A DNA stretch of 64,000 bases from Candidatus Parvarchaeota archaeon (lineage in GTDB: Archaea > Nanobdellota > Nanobdellia > WJKC01): NCBI GenBank assembly GCA_030615175.1, contig JAUWZX010000001.1, forward strand, positions 282,029 through 346,028. Direction: 5' to 3'. Positions 28,861-39,163 of this stretch are shown here, in pieces. Position 1 is the first letter of the stretch. Each line of letters begins with the position of its first letter. Under the pieces are notes generated by a model. The model ran no database searches. It was given only the letters and a program-made list of their open reading frames with translations, and was not told the DNA's origin. Position numbers and translations under genes: made by a program.

Positions 28861-29982
28861 ATGAATCTTCCATGGTATGACAAGCACGCGCCAAGAGAAT
28901 TAAAAGAGATTATTGGACAGGGAACTGCAAGAGTGCTGGAATGCGTAAGAAAAAATAAAACTTGTCTTATTACTGGACCATCAGGGACTGGGAAAACAGT
29001 GACTGCGCATGCAATAGCTCATGAGTGTGGAATGCAGTTAGTTGAGTTAAGTGCTGACGAGAAAAGAAATAAGGATTACATAAATAGCGTTCTCAGTAAT
29101 ACATTAGTGACAAAAGGATTGTTTGGCAAAAAATTAGTGCTCGTTGACGATGTTGACTTGCTGGATAGAGGAGGCATGCCTGAATTAATTAAGTGCATAA
29201 AAAAGAGCATGGTGCCAGTGATACTTACTGCAAGAGATAAGTGGGACAAGAAACTAAGAACATTAAGGAATTACTGCGAGATAATTGAGTACAGGAAGTT
29301 AAGGACTGCGTGGACTGCAAAAGTGCTTAAAAGAATAAGTGAGGAGGAAGGCATAAAAGTAAGTGATGAGAATTTATATAAGATTGCAGTGAACGCAATT
29401 GGTGACTTAAGAGCTGCAATAAATGACTTGGAGTTACTCGGCAAGGATGGAGAGATAACAAATTATGAGGTAAAATCCTTAACTTACAGGGAGAAGCCGA
29501 TAAGCATTCATGAGGGATTAACAAGGCTATTCAATGCAACGAGTTTTGAAGAAGCTCATAATTCATTAATTAATGTTGAAATGGATATTAACGAGAAAAT
29601 GCTCTGGATAAGTGAAAACGCATCAAAGAATTCTTACAATAATTTATCAAGGGCTGACGTGTTCATAGGCAGAGTCAGAAGGTGGCAGTATTACAGGTAC
29701 TGGGCTTACGCTAACGCGTTAATGACTGCAGGCGTTAAAGGAAAATCTTATTATGGATTCAGCCGGCCGAGTAAAATCATGAAGTTATGGAAAAGCAAGA
29801 GCGAGCGCGTGTTAAGAGATAATGTCCTAACACTTCTAAAGGAAAGAATTCATGCAAGCAAGAAGAAAATAATGAGTGAACACCTGCCTTACTTGAAAGT
29901 CATGTGTAAGAATAAGGAATTCAAAAATTCATTAATAAGTGAATTAGGGTTAAGCCCTAAAGAAGCAGGAATATTATCTTAA
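28861..29982 (+). CDS. rfcL: Replication factor C large subunit (short form)
   Basis: WYDKHAP; GPSGTGKT; GDLRAAINDL; LSRADVFIGRV; follows rfcS. Confidence 0.9.
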   Translation: MNLPWYDKHAPRELKEIIGQGTARVLECVRKNKTCLITGPSGTGKTVTAHAIAHECGMQLVELSADEKRNKDYINSVLSNTLVTKGLFGKKLVLVDDVDLLDRGGMPELIKCIKKSMVPVILTARDKWDKKLRTLRNYCEIIEYRKLRTAWTAKVLKRISEEEGIKVSDENLYKIAVNAIGDLRAAINDLELLGKDGEITNYEVKSLTYREKPISIHEGLTRLFNATSFEEAHNSLINVEMDINEKMLWISENASKNSYNNLSRADVFIGRVRRWQYYRYWAYANALMTAGVKGKSYYGFSRPSKIMKLWKSKSERVLRDNVLTLLKERIHASKKKIMSEHLPYLKVMCKNKEFKNSLISELGLSPKEAGILS

Positions 29983-30600
29983 TCTTCTAATTTCCTTTTT
30001 TATTTTAGTGAGTAAATCTTCATTGTCTTTAAACGGGATTAATTTAGGTTCATGGCTTTTATCCCTTTCCTGATAATCTTTTAATAAAATGACATCCAAG
30101 TCAGACCATCCTTCTTCTTCCTGTTTCCATTCTGGAATATTTATGTAAATGTCTTCATTACAGTTTTCACAATACATTATAAATAAATCTTCTTTAAATC
30201 TAGAGAAGTCTGATAATTCTTCATGACTGCATTTCTGTTTAGGCAACTCATAATTTTTTGAAGTGTAAAATCCTTTCTTAATCTTTCCCTGCTCTTCAAG
30301 TTCATAGAATTCCTTTACAGACATGTCTATGAATTCTGAACAATCGCAAAGCCAGCAATGAATATTTTTCTCAAAATCATGGCCAGATACATTCATACTT
30401 CTGTCTGTCATATAAAATGATGCTGAGTGACAGTTCTTGCATAAAAAAGGAGAAAACCCAAACCCCTTTTTTAAAATATCGCATTCAGGGCAGTATGAAT
30501 GCTCATAAGACAAACCGACAAGGTTAACGAACGTCTTTAAGTCACTTTCACACCCAGGGCAATTCAATGGATTCCCCATAATGTTTTTATTGCTTTTCAT
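29974..30600 (-). CDS. Cys-rich multi-Zn-ribbon hypothetical protein
   Basis: CPGC, CPEC, CKNC, CWLC, CSH...CENC. Confidence 0.65.
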   Translation of the reverse strand: MKSNKNIMGNPLNCPGCESDLKTFVNLVGLSYEHSYCPECDILKKGFGFSPFLCKNCHSASFYMTDRSMNVSGHDFEKNIHCWLCDCSEFIDMSVKEFYELEEQGKIKKGFYTSKNYELPKQKCSHEELSDFSRFKEDLFIMYCENCNEDIYINIPEWKQEEEGWSDLDVILLKDYQERDKSHEPKLIPFKDNEDLLTKIKKEIRRLR

Positions 30601-33413
30601 GAATGCTCGCTTAAACTAAACTCATAACTAGTGATATTATACTCTGATGATACTTCCCAATTATTAGTAACTAATTCATGCAAGTGAGCAGATGGCTCTT
30701 CATTAATGAGGAACCTGTAAGTGCCTGATTTATAAGCCTTCAAGCGTAGGGTGGAATCATTAATGTGCACGGAATTATTATAAGAAAGGTCTCTTGGTTT
30801 GAAAATGACAGAGAGCGTATCATTTGCAGCAGTCTTGCGAACATAATTAATGACATTCCCTAAATTAACCTTGTTAATGTAATTATCAGTGTCACTTTCA
30901 TTCAAGAAGCCGGAGCCCAGGTAGTCATAATAAAGAGTGTCAGAATTATTTAACTTAAAATCAGGACCAAAGGTTACTTCCACAGTTGAATTAACTATAA
31001 CGTCAAACATTGAAGCATTATAATAAAACAAGAAGTAATAATTAGTGTTGGAAGCATTAGCATATAAAACAACTCTGGCAGGACCATACTCCAAGAATTT
31101 AATGTTTGAAAGTCCATTAACGCATGAAGGGTCGCAAGTAGTCCACCCGCTACTCCAGTCAACGCCGTTAACAATGAAGTCTGAATCATCAAGGTCGAAA
31201 CTAAAAAAAGAATTATTAATCTCGTAATCACTTAAATCATAACTTAAGTCACTGCTCTGATTCTTGCTATTGTAGTAAGAACCAGTGTTATAATAATAAT
31301 AAAAATTCTTAGGAACCGTACTCGTAATTCCATAAGATATTAAATTAATATTTGGATTATCAGGGTCAATGCAGAATAATTCATTAACGCAAGCGTAACG
31401 CAGACTGGAATTAACAAGTGCGGGACTAGTACTATCAAGAGTTAATTTGTAATAACAACCGTCAAGGCATTTGGAAACAATTGAGTTAAGGGCTAAAGTG
31501 CTGCCGTTATCAGTGCTTAAAGTGTTATTCAAATAATCAATTAATTTAGCAGTCCTTGAATAAGTATTAACTGACATGTTCACTTCAGTCACTGATTCGT
31601 TAACAACGAAGGACAGTTCATTAAAATGCGCGTGAGCAGGCAGCCCGACAATTAACTTAGGCGATGAGGAATTAACAAAGAATAAAGGATTGCTGCCATT
31701 AAATGAGACATTATAAAAACCAGACTGATTAACATTCTTTAACTCAATATTATAAAAATCAGCATTAACGTCATAAAAATTAATTAAAGTGCCATTAGGG
31801 TAGTAAGTGTAAGCGCTTAAAGCACCAGTTACTTGCTTGTTAATGCTAACATTAAAATCCCTGCCATCCAAGTTTAATAATAAAATTGAATTATTATACA
31901 ATGAATTATTAAGCAAAGGACTCATTGATTCATTCAAGTAATTATTAGTTGATAACTGCCCCACTAACGCTCCTTCCCTGCCCACTAACTCAACGGAATT
32001 AGGGTCAAAACCACTGCTGAATAATCCATCAATAACTAAAGGATTCTTTGAATCCCCGCCAGCAACGTTAATGCTTGAACGCTTAGTCAAGTTATCATGC
32101 CAGTAAGACCGGTTATTATAAAATTCCAAATTCTTTGAACTGCTCACTAAGACAGTAACAAAGGAATTGAACTGGATAAAGTACCTGTTAAGAATGTTTA
32201 ATAAAATAAGCATTTCATCAATTAAATCCTCATCAAAGTTATCAGTCATGACAGTGTAATTCAACTTGTTAATCTTAATTGAGTCATTATGCATTGGTAA
32301 GAGCGTCAAGGTATTATTATAATAAGTGCCTTTGGTTAAAGGCGAGCCATTAAAACTCCTTAATATCAATGAATTACTTGAAGCAGTGCTCTTAAGAAGA
32401 ATTTCAGTAGAAGTGCTACTAATTAATGATCCTAAAGCATAATTAGTGTCATAAAACGTACTCCAATCCCCGGAACTAATAATTATCTCATCCTGCTCTG
32501 GAACTGGCTCATAAGAATTGCCTGCTGAATCATTGTAATCGCTTAAATCACTCTTTGAAACGTCAACAGCGAATTCCCAGGTATTGCAACTGGAATTAGC
32601 GGCAACAGTTAAGTAGTCATAAATAATAATCCTATCAGGTAAGAAGTATTCTTTAATTTCATAACTGCTGTTAGTGAATCTCGAACCAGTAATTATGACT
32701 TCCAAGAAGTATTTATAGTCATTAACTGTGTAAACCTGATTAGAACTCTCTGAAAGATTATAATAATTATTAGAACAGTTAAGTCTTGCTTCAAGAAAAT
32801 TCAGAACACTACCCCTGCCTGAAATATTAAGATTATCAAATGAACCGCCAAGACTCTTATTAATCCTTAAAGAGTAAAGACCAGTCCTTATATCAATGAA
32901 TTCTGAAGTATCATTATAAACAATCATTGATTCAGTGAACTCATTGTCCTTTTTAGGGCTTGAAATCTTATTATAATATAAATAATACTTGGAGTTGTCC
33001 ATGGAATTCATTGAGGACTGGAAGTAAAGCATGCCAGTCTTCTCACTCACATTAGACCATGACACGCCGAAAGGAACTCTGCTCTTATTCTCGTCAATAA
33101 GTATTAATGACTCTGCATGAATGTCATTAGGCAGGTTAATACTCATGCTAATCATGTTATCCTTTAATGAGAAATTATTATACACCTTAATAATTGTCCT
33201 TGAATCATAAGGCAGAAGCCATTCATTAATGAAGTACTCATTAAATGAATTCTTTAGCGTGTCCTTAACGAAACGCAAGTTCTTAACATCCTGCAAGTCA
33301 ACCTCAAAGTCACGATACTTTAATTCATTAGGAATTGTTAAAATATTGGTTATTACTGAAACCGCCATTGCTACGAGCACTATTGTGCTAACAAAGAATT
33401 GAGCTCTTTTCAC
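30597..33413 (-). CDS. Large (938 aa) surface protein with class III (pilin-like) signal peptide
   Basis: MKRAQ-FFVSTIVLVAMAV N-terminus; Asn/Ser/Tyr-rich with many NxS/T sequons; DUF2341-like segment (inferred). Confidence 0.75.
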   Translation of the reverse strand: MKRAQFFVSTIVLVAMAVSVITNILTIPNELKYRDFEVDLQDVKNLRFVKDTLKNSFNEYFINEWLLPYDSRTIIKVYNNFSLKDNMISMSINLPNDIHAESLILIDENKSRVPFGVSWSNVSEKTGMLYFQSSMNSMDNSKYYLYYNKISSPKKDNEFTESMIVYNDTSEFIDIRTGLYSLRINKSLGGSFDNLNISGRGSVLNFLEARLNCSNNYYNLSESSNQVYTVNDYKYFLEVIITGSRFTNSSYEIKEYFLPDRIIIYDYLTVAANSSCNTWEFAVDVSKSDLSDYNDSAGNSYEPVPEQDEIIISSGDWSTFYDTNYALGSLISSTSTEILLKSTASSNSLILRSFNGSPLTKGTYYNNTLTLLPMHNDSIKINKLNYTVMTDNFDEDLIDEMLILLNILNRYFIQFNSFVTVLVSSSKNLEFYNNRSYWHDNLTKRSSINVAGGDSKNPLVIDGLFSSGFDPNSVELVGREGALVGQLSTNNYLNESMSPLLNNSLYNNSILLLNLDGRDFNVSINKQVTGALSAYTYYPNGTLINFYDVNADFYNIELKNVNQSGFYNVSFNGSNPLFFVNSSSPKLIVGLPAHAHFNELSFVVNESVTEVNMSVNTYSRTAKLIDYLNNTLSTDNGSTLALNSIVSKCLDGCYYKLTLDSTSPALVNSSLRYACVNELFCIDPDNPNINLISYGITSTVPKNFYYYYNTGSYYNSKNQSSDLSYDLSDYEINNSFFSFDLDDSDFIVNGVDWSSGWTTCDPSCVNGLSNIKFLEYGPARVVLYANASNTNYYFLFYYNASMFDVIVNSTVEVTFGPDFKLNNSDTLYYDYLGSGFLNESDTDNYINKVNLGNVINYVRKTAANDTLSVIFKPRDLSYNNSVHINDSTLRLKAYKSGTYRFLINEEPSAHLHELVTNNWEVSSEYNITSYEFSLSEHS

Positions 33414-34426
33414 GGGTACCCACCATAAATAGTTAATTTAACAAATCCTCCTTCCTTAGGGAATACTCTGCTCGCTGAGTACTTGCCCATGAAAGTTGTG
33501 TAAACAGGAGTCGAGCCCTGTTTAAGGTAATTTAACTCAGGGGTAATTGTGATGCCTGAGTTATTAACTAATGTAATATTAGCGTAATTATCATCCTGAT
33601 TTGAGTATAATATGTAAGTAATGTAATAAGTATCAGTGCTAACTGAACTAACATTTACTGGAGTAAAAACCACCTGCCCCATTGTTGACTTAAAAGTGCT
33701 GAAGTAATTGTAATTAACATCCACTGTCTTAGTGAGGGAAGGATAAGTGAAGTTGATTAAACTATTATTCTGCGCGCAGTAAACATAAGTTTTAATATTC
33801 TTCTTAACTTCAGGCACGAATAATACCAGTGTGACATTAAAAACATTTCCACTAATGAGAGACCAGTTATGAATGTCAAGGCTTGAACGCTTGTCATTAA
33901 CAAAGTACATTAATGTTTTATTATCAATCCCTTGAGCGTCAATTGTTATGTTAACTTCAACATAAGTGTTATTCAAGTCAGTATCAAAGACTATTGGCGT
34001 GGCATACCAGTTAAACAAGGCGTTAGTGGGAAGCGCGTACACTGAATTCGTAACACTCACTGAATTCTTGTCAGTACCTAATGGGAAGTGATACGTGAAA
34101 CTAATGTTGGGCATTGATTCATTAATGCTTGCCTTGACCTTTACGCGCTCAAAATAAGTTGGTTCAAATGAGTAATAAATTGACTTTAAGAATAATTTAC
34201 GAAAAAGATTGTCAATTGATGTATAGTCATAGTCATTAATTGCTTCATTAATTAAACCGTTATTATTAATCATTCTTAAGAAATCATTCAGTATGGCTAT
34301 TGGATTGCGCTGGAACACGCCTAATTGCTCATTAACGTGCGTCTGCACTATCATGTACATTGATAAGATAATGGCTGCAGCGTATATTGCTTCAACGGTT
34401 TTAACAAAGCTTAACCTGTCCACCAT
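33410..34426 (-). CDS. Pilus-associated membrane-anchored protein (minor pilin-like)
   Basis: N-terminal FVKTVEAIYAAAIIL hydrophobic segment; operon context. Confidence 0.65.
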   Translation of the reverse strand: MVDRLSFVKTVEAIYAAAIILSMYMIVQTHVNEQLGVFQRNPIAILNDFLRMINNNGLINEAINDYDYTSIDNLFRKLFLKSIYYSFEPTYFERVKVKASINESMPNISFTYHFPLGTDKNSVSVTNSVYALPTNALFNWYATPIVFDTDLNNTYVEVNITIDAQGIDNKTLMYFVNDKRSSLDIHNWSLISGNVFNVTLVLFVPEVKKNIKTYVYCAQNNSLINFTYPSLTKTVDVNYNYFSTFKSTMGQVVFTPVNVSSVSTDTYYITYILYSNQDDNYANITLVNNSGITITPELNYLKQGSTPVYTTFMGKYSASRVFPKEGGFVKLTIYGGYP

Positions 34427-35187
34427 ATATCACCATTAATTTTTATTGGATAAAATTCCTGTGCATGCGTTAGCGTTCCGTAACGAGTGAAGGATGATTG
34501 AACGCCCTTGAAACCTCTTGTCCCGCAACTATTATTAAATCTTAAGTCACCAACGTATTGACTTCCAATTGAAACATTATAAACTTCAGGGATTACTAAA
34601 GTTCTTTTACTAAATGGTCCTATAAGAACTTCATCAATGTCTCCATCACTAACTCTTGACTGTATTTTAACAACGAAATTATTTAAGGAATCATAATAAA
34701 CGCTTAAGTTTTCTAAAGACTCAAGACTCTTATTTAAAACCGTTGTGCCGTAATCCATGTAAAGGTATAAAGTAACATCAGTTATTGGCGAGCCATTAGA
34801 GCCAATCATAACCCTTAAGTAATTATTATCTCTTAAGAATAAAACTCCAGCGTCACTGCTTAAATTAGGCATTGAATAATCAGCATCCTTCTTAGGCATG
34901 AAGAATCCTAAAATATTATACTTAATGCTCTTAGTCCTAATGTTTGAATAATTCATTTCATTGCATAAATCATTAATGTCACTGCTCTTAAAGTCTGTAC
35001 TGATTAATTCAGAAGCGCTTACAATATTCTTCTCCCTTGAAAGAGTGCGGAAGTCAGTGCTGAAAGGAATTATAAGCCCTAATGTTAGTTGCACGACTAT
35101 AATAATTAAACCCATGAATAACATGTACGCTACTATTAAGTCAATATCTACTACCGCACCCTTCCTATCTGACAGTGATTTGAACAT
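34411..35187 (-). CDS. Pilin-like protein with class III signal peptide
   Basis: RKG-AVVDIDLIVAYMLF; likely start 35187 (ORF track starts at 35211). Confidence 0.65.
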   Translation of the reverse strand: MFKSLSDRKGAVVDIDLIVAYMLFMGLIIIVVQLTLGLIIPFSTDFRTLSREKNIVSASELISTDFKSSDINDLCNEMNYSNIRTKSIKYNILGFFMPKKDADYSMPNLSSDAGVLFLRDNNYLRVMIGSNGSPITDVTLYLYMDYGTTVLNKSLESLENLSVYYDSLNNFVVKIQSRVSDGDIDEVLIGPFSKRTLVIPEVYNVSIGSQYVGDLRFNNSCGTRGFKGVQSSFTRYGTLTHAQEFYPIKINGDIWWTG

Positions 35188-36283
35188 TTGCAACTGCTTC
35201 AAGTCCCTCATAGTTAGAATTCACCTCTGCATTGTAAGTACCTTCAACGGTTGGAGCTTTAATTAATATGCTGAAGTCACCGTACTCGTCAGTACTTGCC
35301 ACCCCGATGTTGCCTCCGAAATTCGCTTTTACTTCAATACCTACAAGAGGCTCATTCTCTAAGGTTACTGAACCATACAATTCAACCATTTCACTGGTTG
35401 TGATTTCAGTTTTAGAGCTCATTAAATTAATTGTAAACATTTTAGGGAAGATGAACATGGCAAAAGTTAAAAGCGCCACGCTAAGCATTATTCCAGCATG
35501 CTTAGCGCCTGCTGCTAAACTGCCTTCTTTAGTTACTCCAGCAACCATTCCATTACCAAATGACTGTATAGTCATTGTTAAGAAGAAAAGTAGTTTATAA
35601 AAGTCAAGTGGGGGTGGCTTGCCTCCGCCGAATGTAGCAACTAAACCTGCACCGCCTCCTCCCTGAAAGCTTAGCAGTGGAATTAATATTGTATACAATG
35701 CTACCAGTATTCCAATGAATATAAAGTGAATTAAGTAAACAATTATTAATTGCTGCTGGAGCGTTGACTCCCTGTCCTTTTCAACCTCTTTAAGCATCCT
35801 CGTGCTTTCAGCAACAGCATCCATTGAATCCTCAATCCTCCCGCCAGTGAAGTATGCTTCAAGAAGTATTGCCAAACCCCTCTTAATGTAAATACTGTAC
35901 TTAACTCTATCCTGCAGCAACCTTATTGATTCAGGGAATGGGATGCCCCATGACAGTAAATTACTAAACCTCTTAACCTCTTTTGTTAATGGACCATAAT
36001 CTGTTTCAGCGCTTAAGGCAATAGCGTTAGGAATAGTCATTCCAGCCCTCTTTGCTTCAGAAATGTCTTTTAGAAATGCAGGGAAATATTCCTCCATGCC
36101 CTTGGCATTGCGAACCCTTAAGTAGACAATTATTGAATAAGGAAAAATGATAATCATTAACGCTGTTATACCTAAGTAACCAATGTATAATATTTCAAAA
36201 TTCGCTAAGAAGGTTCCTATAACGAATTGTATGACTGCTATAACTACTGACCATACAATTATTAACAAGTCTTTCTTTTCCAT
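35165..36283 (-). CDS. T2SS-F/TadC-like pilus platform protein with C-terminal Ig-like extension
   Basis: EYFPAFLKDISEAKRAGMT; DYGPLT; SWGIPF; GNGMVAG; extra ~90-aa beta-rich tail. Confidence 0.88.
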   Translation of the reverse strand: MEKKDLLIIVWSVVIAVIQFVIGTFLANFEILYIGYLGITALMIIIFPYSIIVYLRVRNAKGMEEYFPAFLKDISEAKRAGMTIPNAIALSAETDYGPLTKEVKRFSNLLSWGIPFPESIRLLQDRVKYSIYIKRGLAILLEAYFTGGRIEDSMDAVAESTRMLKEVEKDRESTLQQQLIIVYLIHFIFIGILVALYTILIPLLSFQGGGGAGLVATFGGGKPPPLDFYKLLFFLTMTIQSFGNGMVAGVTKEGSLAAGAKHAGIMLSVALLTFAMFIFPKMFTINLMSSKTEITTSEMVELYGSVTLENEPLVGIEVKANFGGNIGVASTDEYGDFSILIKAPTVEGTYNAEVNSNYEGLEAVANVQITVR

Positions 36284-36286
36284 GAT

Positions 36287-37150
36287 TCACACTTCAGTCG
36301 GGCTTGATGATTTAATTAATAAGATGAATATGCCTGACATCATTGGAAGCCCAACAGTTACTATTAAGATTTGCAATGTTTCAATACCTACAATGCCTCC
36401 ACTAATGATTGACATTATGGTTGTAAGCACGAGTGCTAAGACGCTTCCAACAATGACCATTGTGATGTAAATCTCCATGTATACTGCAAGAAGTTTCGTG
36501 AATTCTTCAAGTTTTCTTCTAAACTCATTAACAAATGCATTGGCTTTTTCTTCAAGATATTTTTTTAAGTCGCCTCCACTGGTTATGGTGCTCCTCATAC
36601 CTAATAATAATTCACGCAGGTTGCTGCTTGGAGTCTTCTCAGCAGCCCTGTTTATTGCTTCAACAGGGTCTAAGCCGAACATTTCAATATCCCTGCTAAT
36701 CTTTCTTGAAATATCAGCGATCTCTGAGAATTCTTCAAATGAGCCTAGTATCCTGAATAATATGTGAGGCGGGGCGCCTGTTCCTGCAAGAGTTTGCATG
36801 TAAATTGCTGCGAAGTGCAGGGAGTTATCAATCTTCTTCTTCCTGCCACTGGCAACCTGCGACGGGTAAACATAGAATAATGCTATTATCCCAACAAGCA
36901 CTATTGAGTAGAATACGAATCCTGAAATAATTGATAATACTAAGTCATCAATTAGTGTGTAGAAGAAGAAGGCAATGACTCCGATTAATGGTGTTGAGAA
37001 CAGTATTGAGACAATCATCATTGCAAAATACTCTTCAAGCGAGTGAGGCAGGTTACTGATTTGCAAGTCTTCTTTAATGCCTTTAAAAAAATAACTGTAC
37101 TTTTTTGCAATATTATGAACTAATTTATAACTGAATTCTCCAAAGTTCAT
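36287..37150 (-). CDS. T2SS-F/TadC-like pilus platform protein
   Basis: IDNSLHFAAIYM; AAEKTPS; SGGDLKKYL. Confidence 0.88.
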   Translation of the reverse strand: MNFGEFSYKLVHNIAKKYSYFFKGIKEDLQISNLPHSLEEYFAMMIVSILFSTPLIGVIAFFFYTLIDDLVLSIISGFVFYSIVLVGIIALFYVYPSQVASGRKKKIDNSLHFAAIYMQTLAGTGAPPHILFRILGSFEEFSEIADISRKISRDIEMFGLDPVEAINRAAEKTPSSNLRELLLGMRSTITSGGDLKKYLEEKANAFVNEFRRKLEEFTKLLAVYMEIYITMVIVGSVLALVLTTIMSIISGGIVGIETLQILIVTVGLPMMSGIFILLIKSSSPTEV

Positions 37151-39096
37151 TCAGCCCTCCTCACAAGCTTCTCAACTTTCTCAGGACTAGTGTAATACAT
37201 CTTAAAGTAGCGGGCAACTTCCTTATAATCAGTTAAGTTATGTTTTTGAAGCCATTTAAGCAGTCTTATCCTCCTAACCATGTCAAGTTTTAATTCATCA
37301 ATTGTGTAACCAAGTTTTTCTCTAATCTTGTCAAGTAAAATGCTTTTCAAGAGCACGAACTTATCATTGTCCGAATCCCACTTGAATGCCCTGTTAGTAA
37401 CTAAATTCCTTGTCTTTGCATTATACCCTATTATTTCAATAATTTCATTAACCCGCCTAACGTACTCGCCTCTCTTCTTTGTTTGAACTAAGAACACTAT
37501 TAAGTCAAGGTTTTCAAGCATTGATTTAGGAATATTAATTGGTTCAGTGGTTAAACGATCAATAACTGCCGCCATATTATCAGCGTGAAGCGTTCCGTAC
37601 GAAGGATGACCAGTAGCCATGCCTTGGAACATGACGTAAGCCTCCTTGCCACGCACTTCTCCAACAATTACGTAGTTAGGTCTCTGCCTTAAAGCACTTT
37701 TAAGCAGGTCAAACATTGTTACTTCTCCATAACCTTTAATCCCGAATCCTGAACGAGCAACTTCTGGAATCCAATTAGGATGTGGAAGCCTGAGTTCTGG
37801 CGTGTCTTCAATACTAATTATTTTTAATTCAGGGTTAATGAACATGCTTAACGAATTCAAGAAGCTTGTCTTTCCTGTAGCGGTTGCTCCAACAATTAAG
37901 CCGCTAAGCCCTGATTCAACAGCCATCCAAAGGTACGCGCATATCTCCGGGCTTGCAGTGCCAAAATTCATTTCATCAATAGGGGTTATTGGGTTCTCAG
38001 TGAATTTTCTGATAGTAAAATTTGAACCTCTCATTGCTATGTCAGTGCCGAACGTTATTTGTACACGACTTCCATCAGGCAACGCGCCGTCAAGTAACGG
38101 CTCAGCAATGCTTAAAGCCTTACCGCACTTCTGGGCAAGCCTTAAAACGAATGAGTCAAGTTTTTCTTTATCCTTAAACATTATGTTTGTCTGCATTTCA
38201 CCATATAATGGATTCCTGTGGGTGACGAATAATGGGATGTTGAATCCGTCGCAGTGAATGTCCTCAAGCCCCTTGTCATGGAGTAATGATTCAATCTTGC
38301 CTAAGCCAATGAAGTCCCTGAAAACGTAGTAGTCAAGCACTACTTTTTCCTTGGAATCAACTTTAGCTCCAACCTCTGATAAGATGTTGTCAAACTTATT
38401 CATTAAGTATTCATATGCTTTCTCAACTCTAATCTTTGTGAAGTCAATGTCAAGTTTCTGCCTGAGAAGATGTCTTGCCTCTTCAAGTATTGCTTTTAAT
38501 TTATCATTAAGTTTTGGTTCGTGGATGTAATAAATAAGGCTTCTTGTGGCTTCATTCCATTTAATATTAGCCCATGAAACAACGATGTCCTTGCCTTTAA
38601 TCTTTAAAGTTATTAATGGCACTTTTTCATCAACCTTAATTAATTTATCGACGAATTCCTTAGTCTTTCTCCCTAACTCTTCACCTACTGCTGTTTCAAA
38701 TTCCTCAGGCATCTCCATGCTTATTGGTTTGTATTTTAATTCAAATCCTCTCTCACTCCCTATCTCCATGCCTTCAGGCATTTCCATAACTTGTTCTTTA
38801 ATAATCTGCGGCCTAGCAACTGGTGCTTGAATAATTACTTGCTGCGGCGGGACGAGTAATTTAGGAGCCCCTTCTTTAGGCATTAGCCCCTTAACAACAA
38901 CTTTGGGCACTTCAGTAATCTTAGGCATTCCAGGAGCAGCGTATAATTCAGGCATCCTCCTAACCTGAACTGATTTAGGCAATGCAGGTTCATCAATTCT
39001 TTCCTCAGGAGCTTTAATCTTTTTTAATTCTTCCCTTTCAGCCTGCCTCCTTGCCTGACTGAGTTTTTTTGACATCCTTTTATAAAAATTAACCAT
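37147..39096 (-). CDS. Type IV pilus assembly ATPase (VirB11/FlaI-like) with Pro-rich N-terminal extension
   Basis: GATATGKTS; SIEDTPEL; LRQRPNYVIVGEVRG; TGH..TLHA. Confidence 0.95.
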   Translation of the reverse strand: MVNFYKRMSKKLSQARRQAEREELKKIKAPEERIDEPALPKSVQVRRMPELYAAPGMPKITEVPKVVVKGLMPKEGAPKLLVPPQQVIIQAPVARPQIIKEQVMEMPEGMEIGSERGFELKYKPISMEMPEEFETAVGEELGRKTKEFVDKLIKVDEKVPLITLKIKGKDIVVSWANIKWNEATRSLIYYIHEPKLNDKLKAILEEARHLLRQKLDIDFTKIRVEKAYEYLMNKFDNILSEVGAKVDSKEKVVLDYYVFRDFIGLGKIESLLHDKGLEDIHCDGFNIPLFVTHRNPLYGEMQTNIMFKDKEKLDSFVLRLAQKCGKALSIAEPLLDGALPDGSRVQITFGTDIAMRGSNFTIRKFTENPITPIDEMNFGTASPEICAYLWMAVESGLSGLIVGATATGKTSFLNSLSMFINPELKIISIEDTPELRLPHPNWIPEVARSGFGIKGYGEVTMFDLLKSALRQRPNYVIVGEVRGKEAYVMFQGMATGHPSYGTLHADNMAAVIDRLTTEPINIPKSMLENLDLIVFLVQTKKRGEYVRRVNEIIEIIGYNAKTRNLVTNRAFKWDSDNDKFVLLKSILLDKIREKLGYTIDELKLDMVRRIRLLKWLQKHNLTDYKEVARYFKMYYTSPEKVEKLVRRAE

Positions 39097-39163
39097 TACT
39101 ATCCCTCTTTAAGATTATAGTTTTTCCTGATTTAAGGATTTTATGGTTCAAAAAATGAGGATT

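Noticed and set aside
20641-29982. Inteins in MCM, IleRS or RFC
   Set aside because: Lengths are normal and motifs contiguous; no intein signatures seen
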